Position numbers and translations under genes: made by a program
Assembly (NCBI GenBank): GCA_965202805.1
Contig: OZ241869.1
Location: 3,840,001-3,904,000, forward strand
Length of the DNA: 64,000 nt
Origin: Longimicrobiales bacterium
Lineage (GTDB): Bacteria > Gemmatimonadota > Gemmatimonadetes > Longimicrobiales > Gaopeijiaceae
Direction of reading: 5' to 3'
Notes under the pieces: model-generated
Seen by the model: the letters and a program-made list of their open reading frames with translations, nothing else
The model's database searches: none
What the model was told of the DNA's origin: nothing
Shown here: positions 10,760 through 21,097 of the stretch, piece after piece
Layout: the number at the start of each line of letters is the position of its first letter
Position numbering within the stretch: the stretch's first letter is position 1

Positions 10760-11839
10760 ATGAACGACGAGGTGGTCGCCCGGATTCGCTGGACTCTGCA
10801 CAAGGGAGTCGGGGCGGTGACGCTGCGGCACCTCATCGACAAGTTCGGTTCAGCGCGCGCGGCGCTCGCCGTGAAGGACGGCAAGCTGCCGTCGAAGGTC
10901 CGCCGCGCGCGTGATGCGGGCGAGACCACGCGACCGGTCGAGGAGGTGCTCGCCGCCGCGCGGCGGATCGGGGCGCTGGCGACCGGATACAAACTGCGAG
11001 GGTTTCCCGGGCGGCTCACGCACCTGCATCATCCGCCGCCGCTGCTCTTCCTGCGCGGGGACCCCTCCCTGCTGCACGCTCCCGCCGTGGCCGTGGTCGG
11101 GTCGCGCAAGGCCAGCGAGTATGGACGCGGCATGGCGCGCGGCATCGGGGAGGGGCTGGCCAGGGCGGGCGTTGCCGTCGTGAGCGGGATGGCGCTGGGA
11201 ATCGACGGCGCCGCACACCGGGGCGCCCTGGCCGCGGGGGGCGGCACCACCGCGGTGCTGGGATCGGGACCCGACCGGGCGCATCCACCTTCCCACCGCC
11301 GACTCTTCGAGGGCATCCTCAAGCGGGGCCTGGTGGTCTCGGAGTTTCTCCCCGGCGAAGAGCCCTTGCCGCACCATTTCCCCCGGCGCAACCGGCTGAT
11401 CGCCGCTCTTTCCCAGGCGGTGGTCGTAGTGGAGGCCGCCAGGAGGAGCGGTGCCCTGATCACGGTCGGACACGCCCTGGAGATCGGCCGGGACGTGTTC
11501 GCAGTGCCCGGAACGGTCGGCCGCCCCCAGAGCGAAGGGGTCCATGCCCTGATCCGCGACGGCGCCGGCCTGGTCACGAGCGCCCACGACATCCTTCTGG
11601 AAACCGGCCTCGCAGGCGCAAAGCCGGAGGCGCGCTCCCGCGACCGGATGCCGTCCGGGCTGGATGCCCGCCAACGGGCCCTCTGGGACGCGCTGGAGGC
11701 CGAGCCCGGCCACATCGACGTCCTCGCCCGGCGGGCCCGCCTGGAAGTGGCGACCGCGGCGGCCATCCTGTCGGTCATGGAGGTTCACGGATGGGTGAGG
11801 CGGGCGCCCGGGCTGCGCTTCGCCAGATCCCCGACCTGA
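10760..11839 (+). CDS. dprA: DNA-processing protein DprA
   Basis: VAVVGSR, SGMALGID, FPRRNRLI, SGALIT, LIRDGA motifs and C-terminal winged helix; start could be GTG 10712. Confidence 0.95.
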   Translation: MNDEVVARIRWTLHKGVGAVTLRHLIDKFGSARAALAVKDGKLPSKVRRARDAGETTRPVEEVLAAARRIGALATGYKLRGFPGRLTHLHHPPPLLFLRGDPSLLHAPAVAVVGSRKASEYGRGMARGIGEGLARAGVAVVSGMALGIDGAAHRGALAAGGGTTAVLGSGPDRAHPPSHRRLFEGILKRGLVVSEFLPGEEPLPHHFPRRNRLIAALSQAVVVVEAARRSGALITVGHALEIGRDVFAVPGTVGRPQSEGVHALIRDGAGLVTSAHDILLETGLAGAKPEARSRDRMPSGLDARQRALWDALEAEPGHIDVLARRARLEVATAAAILSVMEVHGWVRRAPGLRFARSPT

Positions 11840-11840
11840 C

Positions 11841-12995
11841 GTGGACAGCGCGACATCATCCGTCTACGTGCACGCGCCCTTCTGTGCCCGCCGCTGCTTC
11901 TACTGCGACTTCGCCGTCAAGGTCGACCGCGAGGGTGGACACGAGGCCTGGCTGCAGGCGATCTCCGCGGAATGGCACCAGACCCGGCGCGAGGCGCTGT
12001 TCTCGTTCCCGGAACCGCTCGAGACGCTCTACGTCGGCGGAGGCACGCCTTCCCTCCTGGGCACCCCGGCCATGGACGGGCTCGCATCCCTGATCGGGCC
12101 CCGCCTCCTGAGCCATCCCCGCCTGGAGTGGACCGCGGAGGCGAATCCGGAGAGCTTCACTCCCGGCATCGCGCGCGCCTGGCGAGAGGCGGGGGTGAAT
12201 CGCGTCAGCCTGGGCGTCCAGAGCTTCCACGAGCCGTCGCTGCGCTGGATGGGACGCCTGCACGGTTCCACGGGTGGCGCCGAGGCCGTGCGCAACGCCC
12301 GCGGCGCCGGTTTCGGGAATGTGAGCGCGGACCTCATCTTCGGCCTTCCGGCGCGTCTCGGGCGGGATTGGAGCGACGACCTCGGTCGCGCGCTCGACCT
12401 GGGTGTCGAGCACATGAGTCTCTACGGGCTGACCGTGGAGGCGCGCACGCCGCTGGGAAGGGCGGTGGCCGGCGGTCGCGAGCGGGTCGCCTGCGAGGAT
12501 CGGTACCGGGACGAATACCTGGAGGCGGTGGAACGGCTCACCGGGGCGGGCTACCTTCACTACGAGGTCAGCAGCTTCGCCCTCCCCGGCCGGGAATCCC
12601 GCCATAATGAAGTGTACTGGTCGGGCCGTTCCTACCTGGGCCTGGGCAACGGCGCGCACAGCTTTTGCAAGCCCTTGCGGCGCTGGAACCTGCGTGACTG
12701 GGAGGAATACAGTACATCGGTCGTGAAGGGCGACTCCGCGATCGCGGGTCACGAGGTGCTGGACCCCGCCGCGCTGCGCCTGGAGCGGATCTGGCTGGGA
12801 CTCCGCGCCCGCAAGGGCGTGTCCCTGGCGTCGATTCCCGCGCGGGCCGCCGCCGTGACCGAGCGATGGATTCGCCGGGGTTGGGCCCGGGCCGAGGCCG
12901 GCAGGCTGCGCCTGACATACGAAGGCTGGCTGCTGCTCGACGCCCTCGCCATCGAGCTGGACGAAGCAGTGACGAGCAGAAAGGACATGGAATGA
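11841..12995 (+). CDS. hemW: Radical SAM heme chaperone HemW
   Basis: HAPFCARRCFYCDF, GGGTPS, EANP, YEVSSF, HNEVYW; lies directly upstream of hrcA. Confidence 0.92.
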   Translation: MDSATSSVYVHAPFCARRCFYCDFAVKVDREGGHEAWLQAISAEWHQTRREALFSFPEPLETLYVGGGTPSLLGTPAMDGLASLIGPRLLSHPRLEWTAEANPESFTPGIARAWREAGVNRVSLGVQSFHEPSLRWMGRLHGSTGGAEAVRNARGAGFGNVSADLIFGLPARLGRDWSDDLGRALDLGVEHMSLYGLTVEARTPLGRAVAGGRERVACEDRYRDEYLEAVERLTGAGYLHYEVSSFALPGRESRHNEVYWSGRSYLGLGNGAHSFCKPLRRWNLRDWEEYSTSVVKGDSAIAGHEVLDPAALRLERIWLGLRARKGVSLASIPARAAAVTERWIRRGWARAEAGRLRLTYEGWLLLDALAIELDEAVTSRKDME

Positions 12996-14074
12996 CGATG
13001 CGGACAGGGGGACTGCGGGAGCGCATCGTCGTCCGCGAAGAGCTGACGGCGCGGGAGCGACAGGTTCTGGAGGCAGTGGTACGCACCTACGTCGACACCG
13101 CCGGCCCCGTCGGCAGCCTCTCGGTCACCCGGCGCTGGAAGCTGGGGGTGTCGGCCGCCACCATCCGCAACACCATGGCGGACCTGGAGTCCAAGGGATA
13201 CCTGGCCCGGCCTCACGCATCCGCCGGTCGGGTCCCGACCGACTCCGCCTACCGGTACTTCGTGGACCGCCTCATCCGCCCCACGCCCCTGACCAATGCG
13301 GAGCGCGACCGCCTCGAGGAAGAGCTTGACCCGGATGCCGCCTCACCGATCGAGCGCCTGGTTCGGCGAACCACCCGCGCCCTCAGCCTGATCAGCCACG
13401 AGCTGGGACTGGGGCTGGTGCCGAGCCTGGACTCGGCGGTCCTCGAAAAGATCGAACTCATACGGCTGTCCTCGCACAAGGCGCTCATGGTGGCCACCGT
13501 GCGCGACGGCCTGGTGCGCACGGTCTACGTCGATCTTCCCCTGGAGATTCCGCGGGATACTCTGGTGACCCTGACCGTCATCCTGAACGAGCGTCTCGCC
13601 GGGCTCACCTTCGCAGACCTGAGGGAGTCTCTGCCCGAACGCCTGCGCGATCCGGGCACGGACAGCGAAACCGCCACCGAACTGCTCAACATCTTCATGG
13701 AGTCCGCCCAGTCGCTGCTGGACTGGCCGGAGGCCGGCGGATCTCCCGTGCTCTTCGGCCAGACCTCGGTCCTCGCCAGCCAGCCGGAGTTCACCAGCGG
13801 ACAGCGACTCAAGAGCCTGATCGAATTGACCGAGCACAACCAGCTGATGCAGAGCGTGCTGAGCAACCGCAGTCACGGCGGCGGATTGCGCATCACGATC
13901 GGCCGGGAGCATCGGGATGAAGCGCTCTCGGGGTTCACGCTCGTGACGGCCGAATACCACGTGGGCGGACTCAAGGGGGTGGTGGGGGTCATCGGCCCCA
14001 CGCGCATGCCCTACGAGAAGGTCATCAGCCTGGTGGGTTACACTTCTTCCCTCGTGAACGACATTCTGCGCTGA
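12992..14074 (+). CDS. hrcA: Heat-inducible transcription repressor HrcA
   Basis: PVGS, SAATIRNTMADLE, PHASAGRVPT and GVIGPTRMPY motifs. Confidence 0.97.
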   Translation: MTMRTGGLRERIVVREELTARERQVLEAVVRTYVDTAGPVGSLSVTRRWKLGVSAATIRNTMADLESKGYLARPHASAGRVPTDSAYRYFVDRLIRPTPLTNAERDRLEEELDPDAASPIERLVRRTTRALSLISHELGLGLVPSLDSAVLEKIELIRLSSHKALMVATVRDGLVRTVYVDLPLEIPRDTLVTLTVILNERLAGLTFADLRESLPERLRDPGTDSETATELLNIFMESAQSLLDWPEAGGSPVLFGQTSVLASQPEFTSGQRLKSLIELTEHNQLMQSVLSNRSHGGGLRITIGREHRDEALSGFTLVTAEYHVGGLKGVVGVIGPTRMPYEKVISLVGYTSSLVNDILR

Positions 14075-14087
14075 GCGCGGGGTCCGA

Positions 14088-15233
14088 ATGGCAGACTACT
14101 ACGAGACCCTGGGCGTTTCCCGGGGCGCGGACCTGCAGGAGATCCGGAAGGCCTACCGGCGTCTGGCGATGCAGCACCACCCCGATCGCAATCAGGGTTC
14201 GCGGGAGGCGGAGGAGCGCTTCAAGGAGGTCACGCGCGCGTACGAGGTTCTGAGCAATCCGGAGAAGAGGGAGCTCTACGACCGGTACGGGGAGCAGGGG
14301 CTCAACCGCGGCCGGGGCGGCGGCGGCTTCGGCGGCTTCGACTTCTCGGACGCGATCGAGATCTTCATGCGGGACTTCGGAGGCGGGGGCGCTTTCGGCG
14401 ACCTGTTCGGCCGCCGCCCGCCCGATACCTCGCGCAGCCGGAGAGGGAAGGGCATTCGTCTCCGTCTTCGACTGACGCTGGGGGAGGTTGCGAGCGGAGT
14501 CGACAAGCGGCTGCGGGTAAGCCTGCTCGAGCCCTGCGAGGACTGCGGCGCCACCGGGGCTCTCGGTACCGGACCGACTCTCTGTCCGGAGTGCCGCGGC
14601 ACCGGCCAGGAGCGCATCAGCCAGCGTTCCCCTTTCGGACAATTCGTAAGCGTGCAGCCGTGCCGCAGGTGCGGAGGGACGGGGCAGGTCATCGAGGATC
14701 CCTGTCCTGCATGCCGCGGAGAAGGGCGTGTGCGTGAGGAATCCACCATCACCGTCGAGGTGCCCGCAGGCGTCTCCTCGGAGAACTACATCACCCTGCG
14801 CGGGCAGGGGAACGCCGGGCCGTGGGGAGGGCCGCGCGGCGACATCACCGTCCTGATCGCCGTCGAGGACCATCCCGACTTCAAGCGCGACGGCAACGAC
14901 CTGGTTCATGAGCTTCACGTGACCTTCACCCAGGCCGCGCTGGGCGATCAGGTCGACGTGCCGACCGTCGAAGGAAGCGCGCCCCTTTCGGTGCCCGCCG
15001 GGGTCCAGAGCGGCGAGGTGCTGCGCATGCGCGGCCTGGGCCTGCCGGACCTGGGCGGGGGCATGCGGGGCGACCAGCTCGTGCGCGTGGTCGTCTGGAC
15101 CCCCGAGGACCTCGACCGCCGGCAGCGGGAGGCGCTGCAGCGGCTGCGGGAGGTGGAGGATCCGGTTCCCGAGGATGCGGGGCGGGGCAGAAGGGGATTC
15201 TGGGCACGCGTGAAGGAGGCTTTCGTACCGTAG
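14088..15233 (+). CDS. dnaJ: Chaperone DnaJ
   Basis: J-domain HPD, G/F-rich region, four CxxCxGxG-type repeats. Confidence 0.98.
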   Translation: MADYYETLGVSRGADLQEIRKAYRRLAMQHHPDRNQGSREAEERFKEVTRAYEVLSNPEKRELYDRYGEQGLNRGRGGGGFGGFDFSDAIEIFMRDFGGGGAFGDLFGRRPPDTSRSRRGKGIRLRLRLTLGEVASGVDKRLRVSLLEPCEDCGATGALGTGPTLCPECRGTGQERISQRSPFGQFVSVQPCRRCGGTGQVIEDPCPACRGEGRVREESTITVEVPAGVSSENYITLRGQGNAGPWGGPRGDITVLIAVEDHPDFKRDGNDLVHELHVTFTQAALGDQVDVPTVEGSAPLSVPAGVQSGEVLRMRGLGLPDLGGGMRGDQLVRVVVWTPEDLDRRQREALQRLREVEDPVPEDAGRGRRGFWARVKEAFVP

Positions 15234-15265
15234 TTGGCCTGCCACCCGGTCCCATTCGCCCCGCC

Positions 15266-16147
15266 ATGAGACCTGATCGCTGGCTCGCCGTCGTCGCCGG
15301 CTTACCCGATTCCGCCGCCGCCGGCCTGGTCGCCGCGGAACTCGTCCGCGCGGGTGCGCGCGCGGCCGTTGAGCAGGCGGACGGCACGCTGGTCACCCAC
15401 TTCCTGCCCCCCACCGACGTTCCGGCGTTTCTCGACGCCCTCGGCAGCGAACTGAACCGGGTAGCCGGCCACACCGTCCATCTGCGCTGGCACTGGCAGC
15501 CACACGAGGAATGGACGGAGACCTGGAGGCAGGGGCTCAGGCCAACGCGGGTCAGCCGCCGCATCACCGTGGCGCCGACCTGGGACGTGCCGCCCGAGCC
15601 GCACGGGGGCGTGCTGATCATCCTCGATCCCGGGCTGGCGTTCGGCACCGCCGGCCACGCCTCGACCCGTTGCGCCCTGCGACTGCTCGACGCCGCGGTT
15701 CGCCCCGGGACCGCCATTGCCGACGTGGGAACGGGTTCGGGAATCCTCGCCATCGCCGCGGCCAGGCTCGGCGCCGGGCGTGTGCTGGCCGCCGACACCG
15801 ATCCGTTCGCATGCGCAGCGGCCCGCGACAACGTGGCCGCCAACCGCGCCGGCGAGGTGGTCGACGTCCACGAGCGCGAAGTGTCGCCCGATTGGCTTGC
15901 AGCGAACCACCCTCTGGACGGCGTGGCCGCGAACATCGAGAGCGGGGTGCTGACCGCTCTCCTGCCCGGGTTCGCCGCCGCCCTGGCGCCCGGCGGCTGG
16001 CTCCTGGTGTCGGGATTGCGCGCCGAAGAATCAGGCGATTTCGCCTACGAGGCCGCGCCCTGCGGTTTCCGCCTGCGGGACGACGACGCCGAAGACGGCT
16101 GGTGGGCGGGGACCTTCCGCCTCGTCCCCGATCCGGCGGACGGGTAG
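15266..16147 (+). CDS. prmA: Ribosomal protein L11 methyltransferase
   Basis: DPGLAFGTAGHAST, DVGTGSGILAI, ANI motifs; follows dnaJ. Confidence 0.93.
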   Translation: MRPDRWLAVVAGLPDSAAAGLVAAELVRAGARAAVEQADGTLVTHFLPPTDVPAFLDALGSELNRVAGHTVHLRWHWQPHEEWTETWRQGLRPTRVSRRITVAPTWDVPPEPHGGVLIILDPGLAFGTAGHASTRCALRLLDAAVRPGTAIADVGTGSGILAIAAARLGAGRVLAADTDPFACAAARDNVAANRAGEVVDVHEREVSPDWLAANHPLDGVAANIESGVLTALLPGFAAALAPGGWLLVSGLRAEESGDFAYEAAPCGFRLRDDDAEDGWWAGTFRLVPDPADG

Positions 16148-16608
16148 GCAAACCACAGCCCCGCCGCGTTGCGTCGCTTCCGCAGGCGCCGGTGCTCCCT
16201 CAGCAATCGGAACCAGCGGTTGACGGCCGATGGCGACTTCACGTCCAGGCTGCGGGCAAGACAGACCAGCGTGCGGTGGTTCCAGCGAACCAGGGGGTCG
16301 CCGCGCGGGTACCTGTGATCGTCGATGTCAAGGAGGACCACCCAGGGGCACGGCGTGAGATACTGCTCCGAGAGCACCGGCCCGTAGGACCCCGGCGACT
16401 GATTGAGGCTGCCCGCGGTCCACGCTCCGCGCATGGGATCGAGGAGGCGGTAGCGGTCGGGGTGGTGGAGCACAGCCTCAACCACCTGTGCAGCCGCGGG
16501 CTCCGTATCGCCCTCCTGCCGGAGCCTGCGCATGATCGTGTCCAGGCTGGCGGCGATCATTCCCGTCTCCGACATCACCCGGTTGATTCGCTCCGCGATC
16601 TCGTTCAA
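16045..16608 (-). CDS. Hypothetical protein, convergent with and overlapping prmA
   Basis: GGAGG RBS 6 nt before TTG at 16608; protein-like composition; fills the gap between prmA and mutS2. Confidence 0.6.
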   Translation of the reverse strand: MNEIAERINRVMSETGMIAASLDTIMRRLRQEGDTEPAAAQVVEAVLHHPDRYRLLDPMRGAWTAGSLNQSPGSYGPVLSEQYLTPCPWVVLLDIDDHRYPRGDPLVRWNHRTLVCLARSLDVKSPSAVNRWFRLLREHRRLRKRRNAAGLWFAYPSAGSGTRRKVPAHQPSSASSSRRRKPQGAAS

Positions 16609-16807
16609 CCAGAACCTCCGTCCTTCGAGGAAAGTCAGGGTGTCACCGGCGGATTCCCGGAGTGAGTCCCAGATAGGTTAGGCTCTCGGGGCGGGCTCTC
16701 CCATGGCCGAATGGGACGTTCCGGGATCGTGGCGGCCGCACCGGCCGTCCTCGCGGCCCGTTTCAGGGCGGCTTTGGGAACGGGAGCGGCCGGCTGCGGC
16801 CACCGCG

Positions 16808-16836
16808 TTGACCCTCCTGGCGGGGCCGGATACCTT
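16808..16836 (+). promoter_or_regulatory. sigma70-type promoter for the mutS2-dnaG operon
   Basis: TTGACC-N17-TACCTT. Confidence 0.6.
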
Positions 16837-16902
16837 CCTTCTCCGATCCGCGACCACCCGCCCGCGCCGTCAGGGAGGGCGGTGCATGAACGCGCCATCC
16901 TG

Positions 16903-19275
16903 ATGGAACACGCCTTCGAAGTTCTCGGGCTGCCCGAGGTGCTTGCACGCGTCGCGGCCTCGGCCTCCAGCGATGCCGGTCGCGATGCCGTGCTCGCGCT
17001 CAGGCCGGCCACCCGCCCGGACATCATCCAGCGCGAACTCGACCGGGTTCGTGAGACCGCCCGGCTCGCCGGCGCGGCCCGATCCCTGTCGGAGATTCCG
17101 GATGCACGCGCGGCCCTGCGCCGACTGCGCGCGGCGGGAGGCGTGCTCTCGCCCTCCGAACTCCATTCGATGGGCATTCTGCTGCGGTCCGCCCGCGAAC
17201 TGGCGCGCGATCTCTCGGCAACGGATGCGCCGCTTCCCCTGCTGGCGCCGCTGCGCGACCGCCTCCTGGTCCACCGCGCCCTGGAGGAGCGCATCCTGCG
17301 CACCGTCGACCGGACCGGCGTGGTGCTCGACACGGCGAGCCCGGAGCTTGCCCGCCTGCGCACCAGGCTGAAGCGGGGTCGCGGCGCCATCGTCGGGCGG
17401 CTCGAATCCTACGTGCGCACGCTCCCGGCGGCGTGGGTCCTCCCCGATGCCTCCGTGACGGTGCGCGAGGGGCGATACGTGATCCCCGTCCGGCGGGCGG
17501 GACGGAGCGATGTCGGCGGAGTGGTCCACGGCACATCGGCCAGCGGCGCCACGCTCTTTGTCGAGCCGCCCCTGGCGATCGAGCTGATGAACCGGGTTCG
17601 TGAGCTGGAATCGGCGGAGGTGCGCGAAATCGACCGGGTGCTGGCGGAGCGCACGCGTGCGCTCGCTCCGCTCCGCGACGGCCTGGCCGGCAGCCAGGCG
17701 GCGCTGATCGACTTCGATTCGCTCGACGCCCGTGCGCGCACGGCTCTCCGGTGGAACGGGAACGTCCCGGTTCTGCTCCCCCGGGGCGAACAAGCGTTGT
17801 GCATCATCAACGGACGACATCCGCTCCTGGCGTTGCGGGAGGACGTGGAGGCCGTACCCTTCGATCTTCTGCTGGAGCCGGAGGAACGGGTTCTGGTGGT
17901 GTCGGGTCCCAACACGGGTGGCAAGAGCGTCTTTCTCAAGTCCGTGGGGCTGATCTGCGTGCTCGCGCAGTGCGGCGTCGTCCCGCCCGTGGGTCCCGGT
18001 ACCCGGATCCCCGTCTTTCGCCGCTTCTTCGCCGACATCGGGGACGAGCAATCGATCGAGGACGACCTCTCCACGTTCGCCGCCCATCTCGCCAACCTGA
18101 AGGACATCCTCGAGCGCGCCGGTGAGACCGCGCTGGTGCTCATCGACGAGATGGGGACCGGTACCGACCCGGATGAGGGAGCAGCCCTGTCGGCTGCCGT
18201 CCTGGAAGCGCTGGCGGAGCGGGGGGCGAGGGTTGTGGTGACCTCGCATCTCGGACAGCTCAAGAGGCTGGATGCGCCCGGAAACGGCATCGTCAACGGC
18301 TCCCTGCACTTCGATCCGGAGCGTACCCGGCCCACCTATCGCTTTCGCAAGGGGAGGCCCGGACGCAGCTACGGACTCGCCATCGCACGTTCCCTCGGGT
18401 TTGCCCGATCCCTCATCGATGGAGCCGAAGCACGGCTCTCGCGGGATGAGGTTCGGATGGATGAGCTGCTGGGGCGCCTCGAGCGCCTGGAGGCGGATAC
18501 CGCAAGGGCCGGCGCCTCCCTCGCCGCCAGGGAAGCGGAGGTGGAAGGGCGCGCCAGGGAGAACGCCGCGCGCGGCGCCGCGCTCGAAGCCCGCGAGCGC
18601 AGGATGGCCGGCGAAGAGCGCGACGCCCGGCGCCGCGCCCGCGCCGAGGCGCGCCGGATCCTGCTCGAAGCCCGCCGCGAAGTAGAGAGCGCCATCGCCG
18701 AGGTGCGCACCGGAAGGGCCGGCGAGGAGGAGAAGGTCGCGCGCGGCGCACGCAGGAGGGTCGAGGCCGCTGCCGAACGCCACCGAAGTCGTTCCCCCGA
18801 CGCCGCCCGCCCCACCCCGGCCCCGGCCATCCCCCTCCGCCCCGGCGACCCGGTGCGCCTCCCGAACGGGGGCGCGACCGCCACGGTGGTGGAGATCCGC
18901 CCCGGGCGGGCGCTCGTGGAGGCCCGGGGCGGCGTCAGGCTGGAGGTGCCGCTCCACGGTCTCCTGCCCGCCCCGGCCCCGGCCCTCCGGGAGGCGCGGC
19001 CGGCGGGCCGGTCGGCCTTTCCCTCCGACCCGCCCCCCCTCGAATCGGACCTGCGCGGGATGCGCGTCGATGAGGCGGCGGCCCGCCTGCAGCACATCCT
19101 CGACCGGGCGGTGGTGGCGGACGTTCCCGAGCTGCGCCTCATCCACGGGAAGGGCACCGGCGCCCTGCGTGCCCTGGTCGCCGAGCTGCTGGAGGAAGAT
19201 CCACGGGTGCGGGAGTACCGTTCCGGCGGTGTGGGCGAGGGGGGCACAGGCGTAACCGTGGTGACCCTCGCGTGA
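16903..19275 (+). CDS. mutS2: Endonuclease MutS2
   Basis: SASGATLFVEP, SGPNTGGKS, DIGDEQS..LSTF, DEMGTGTDP, coiled coil and C-terminal Smr domain (IHGKGTG). Confidence 0.96.
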   Translation: MEHAFEVLGLPEVLARVAASASSDAGRDAVLALRPATRPDIIQRELDRVRETARLAGAARSLSEIPDARAALRRLRAAGGVLSPSELHSMGILLRSARELARDLSATDAPLPLLAPLRDRLLVHRALEERILRTVDRTGVVLDTASPELARLRTRLKRGRGAIVGRLESYVRTLPAAWVLPDASVTVREGRYVIPVRRAGRSDVGGVVHGTSASGATLFVEPPLAIELMNRVRELESAEVREIDRVLAERTRALAPLRDGLAGSQAALIDFDSLDARARTALRWNGNVPVLLPRGEQALCIINGRHPLLALREDVEAVPFDLLLEPEERVLVVSGPNTGGKSVFLKSVGLICVLAQCGVVPPVGPGTRIPVFRRFFADIGDEQSIEDDLSTFAAHLANLKDILERAGETALVLIDEMGTGTDPDEGAALSAAVLEALAERGARVVVTSHLGQLKRLDAPGNGIVNGSLHFDPERTRPTYRFRKGRPGRSYGLAIARSLGFARSLIDGAEARLSRDEVRMDELLGRLERLEADTARAGASLAAREAEVEGRARENAARGAALEARERRMAGEERDARRRARAEARRILLEARREVESAIAEVRTGRAGEEEKVARGARRRVEAAAERHRSRSPDAARPTPAPAIPLRPGDPVRLPNGGATATVVEIRPGRALVEARGGVRLEVPLHGLLPAPAPALREARPAGRSAFPSDPPPLESDLRGMRVDEAAARLQHILDRAVVADVPELRLIHGKGTGALRALVAELLEEDPRVREYRSGGVGEGGTGVTVVTLA

Positions 19276-21095
19276 TCCCCGACGACCAGGTCGAGGAGGT
19301 GCGGGCCCGCTCCGACATCGTCGCGGTGATCGGCGAACACGTCGCGCTCAAGAGGACCGGCAAGGACTATCGCGCGCTCTGTCCCTTCCACGAGGAGAAG
19401 ACGCCGAGTTTCTACGTGGTGCCCACCAAGGGCTTCTACAAGTGTTTCGGCTGCGGGGAATCCGGCGACGTCTTTTCGTTCATCATGAAGCACATGGGGC
19501 TCGACTTCACGGAGGCGGTAAAGTACGCGGGCCGCAAGGCGGGAGTCGAGGTGCGCGAAGTGAAGGCGCGCCCGGAATACCAGGATCCCAACCGCCCGCT
19601 GTACGAGGCCAACGCCTTCGCGCGCGAATACTACCGGGAGCAGCTGGCCGACGAGCAAGCCGGCCGTCTCGCCAGGGATTACCTGCAAAGGCGGGGCATC
19701 GACGCGGAAACCGCGGAGCGCTTCGGCATCGGCTTCGCACCGGACGAATGGCGCGGCCTGCGCACCGCCGCCGCGCGCCACGGCATCGACGACGCCATCC
19801 TGCTGGACGCCGGCCTGATCACCACCAGCGAGCGCTCCGAGGAGCCCTACGATCGCTTCCGGAGCCGCATCATCTTCCCCATCGAGGGTCTGACCGGGAA
19901 GGTCATCGCCTTCGGGGGCAGGCTGTTCGGGCAGGGGAAGGGTGCCAAGTACCTCAATTCTCCGGAGACCCCGGTCTATCACAAGGGCGAGGAGCTCTAC
20001 GGGCTCAATCGGGCGCGGCACGAAGTCCGGAAGGAGGGGGCGGTGCTGCTGGTGGAGGGCTACACCGATGTCGTTTCCCTGGTGGCGCATGAGATCCCCC
20101 ACGTCGTCGCCTCCCTGGGAACCGCCCTGACCTCGGTGCAAGCCCGCCTGCTCGCCCGCTTCGCGTCCAGGGCGTTCCTCCTCTACGACAGCGACATGGC
20201 CGGGCTGAGGGCCACCTTCCGCGCCGCCGACGTCCTGCTGGGCGCGGGGATCCACCCCTCCGTGGTGACCCTGCCCAGGGGCGAGGACCCGGATTCGGTG
20301 GCGCGCGGCGAGGGACGGGAGGCTCTGCTGGGGTACGTGTCGGATGCGGTTGATGTGCTCGACCGGAAACTGCAGATGCTGTCCAGGCGCGACCGCCTGT
20401 CCTCGATCGACGGCATCCGGGACGCTGTGGACCGTCTGCTCCCGACCCTGCGGGCGACCCGGGATCCGGCGCTGCGCGACATCTACATCTCCAGGGTGGC
20501 TGCGGAAACGGGAGTTCGGCGGGAGACGCTGGAGGAGGAGATCGCGCGGGCGCCGGCCACTCCGGCCGCGGGCGCCGGGCCGGCCGCGACTCCGCAGCCC
20601 CGGGTTCGGCGGGTGCGGACGCCGCTCATGGGCGCCGAGCGCCAGCTCCTCCAGGTGCTCCTCAACGACCGCCGGCTCATCGACCGCGCGAGCGAGGCCG
20701 TGGGCCCGGAGGACTTTGTCCACCCGGCCAACCGCGCCATATTCCGGGCGCTGACCGAGGACCCGGAGTTGGATCGAGCCCCCGAGGGAATGGAGGCGGT
20801 TGCTGCCGGTCGCCTTGCGGGCCTGCTCGCCGGCAGCGAAGAAACAGGTCATGCGGCTCGCGTCCTCGACGACTCGGCGCGCAGGATGCGCAGCGCACCG
20901 CTGGCCGAGCGGGCGCGCGAGTTGAGAGCCATGATCGCCCGGGAGCTGGATCCGGAGCGGAAGCGGGAACTGATCTCCGAACTGGAGGAGCTGCAAAGGA
21001 AGAAGCGCGAAATCGACCCATCCCACTGGACCCCCGCGGTTCGGCATCGCCCGGGTCCCGGCGAGGGAGCCGAATCTACCGAGGAGAGACCATAG
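19272..21095 (+). CDS. dnaG: DNA primase
   Basis: CPFHEEKTPSF...CFGC zinc finger, FGGR, KYLNSPET, EGYTD, YDSD.AG, DPD. Confidence 0.98.
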   Translation: MIPDDQVEEVRARSDIVAVIGEHVALKRTGKDYRALCPFHEEKTPSFYVVPTKGFYKCFGCGESGDVFSFIMKHMGLDFTEAVKYAGRKAGVEVREVKARPEYQDPNRPLYEANAFAREYYREQLADEQAGRLARDYLQRRGIDAETAERFGIGFAPDEWRGLRTAAARHGIDDAILLDAGLITTSERSEEPYDRFRSRIIFPIEGLTGKVIAFGGRLFGQGKGAKYLNSPETPVYHKGEELYGLNRARHEVRKEGAVLLVEGYTDVVSLVAHEIPHVVASLGTALTSVQARLLARFASRAFLLYDSDMAGLRATFRAADVLLGAGIHPSVVTLPRGEDPDSVARGEGREALLGYVSDAVDVLDRKLQMLSRRDRLSSIDGIRDAVDRLLPTLRATRDPALRDIYISRVAAETGVRRETLEEEIARAPATPAAGAGPAATPQPRVRRVRTPLMGAERQLLQVLLNDRRLIDRASEAVGPEDFVHPANRAIFRALTEDPELDRAPEGMEAVAAGRLAGLLAGSEETGHAARVLDDSARRMRSAPLAERARELRAMIARELDPERKRELISELEELQRKKREIDPSHWTPAVRHRPGPGEGAESTEERP

Positions 21096-21097
21096 CC

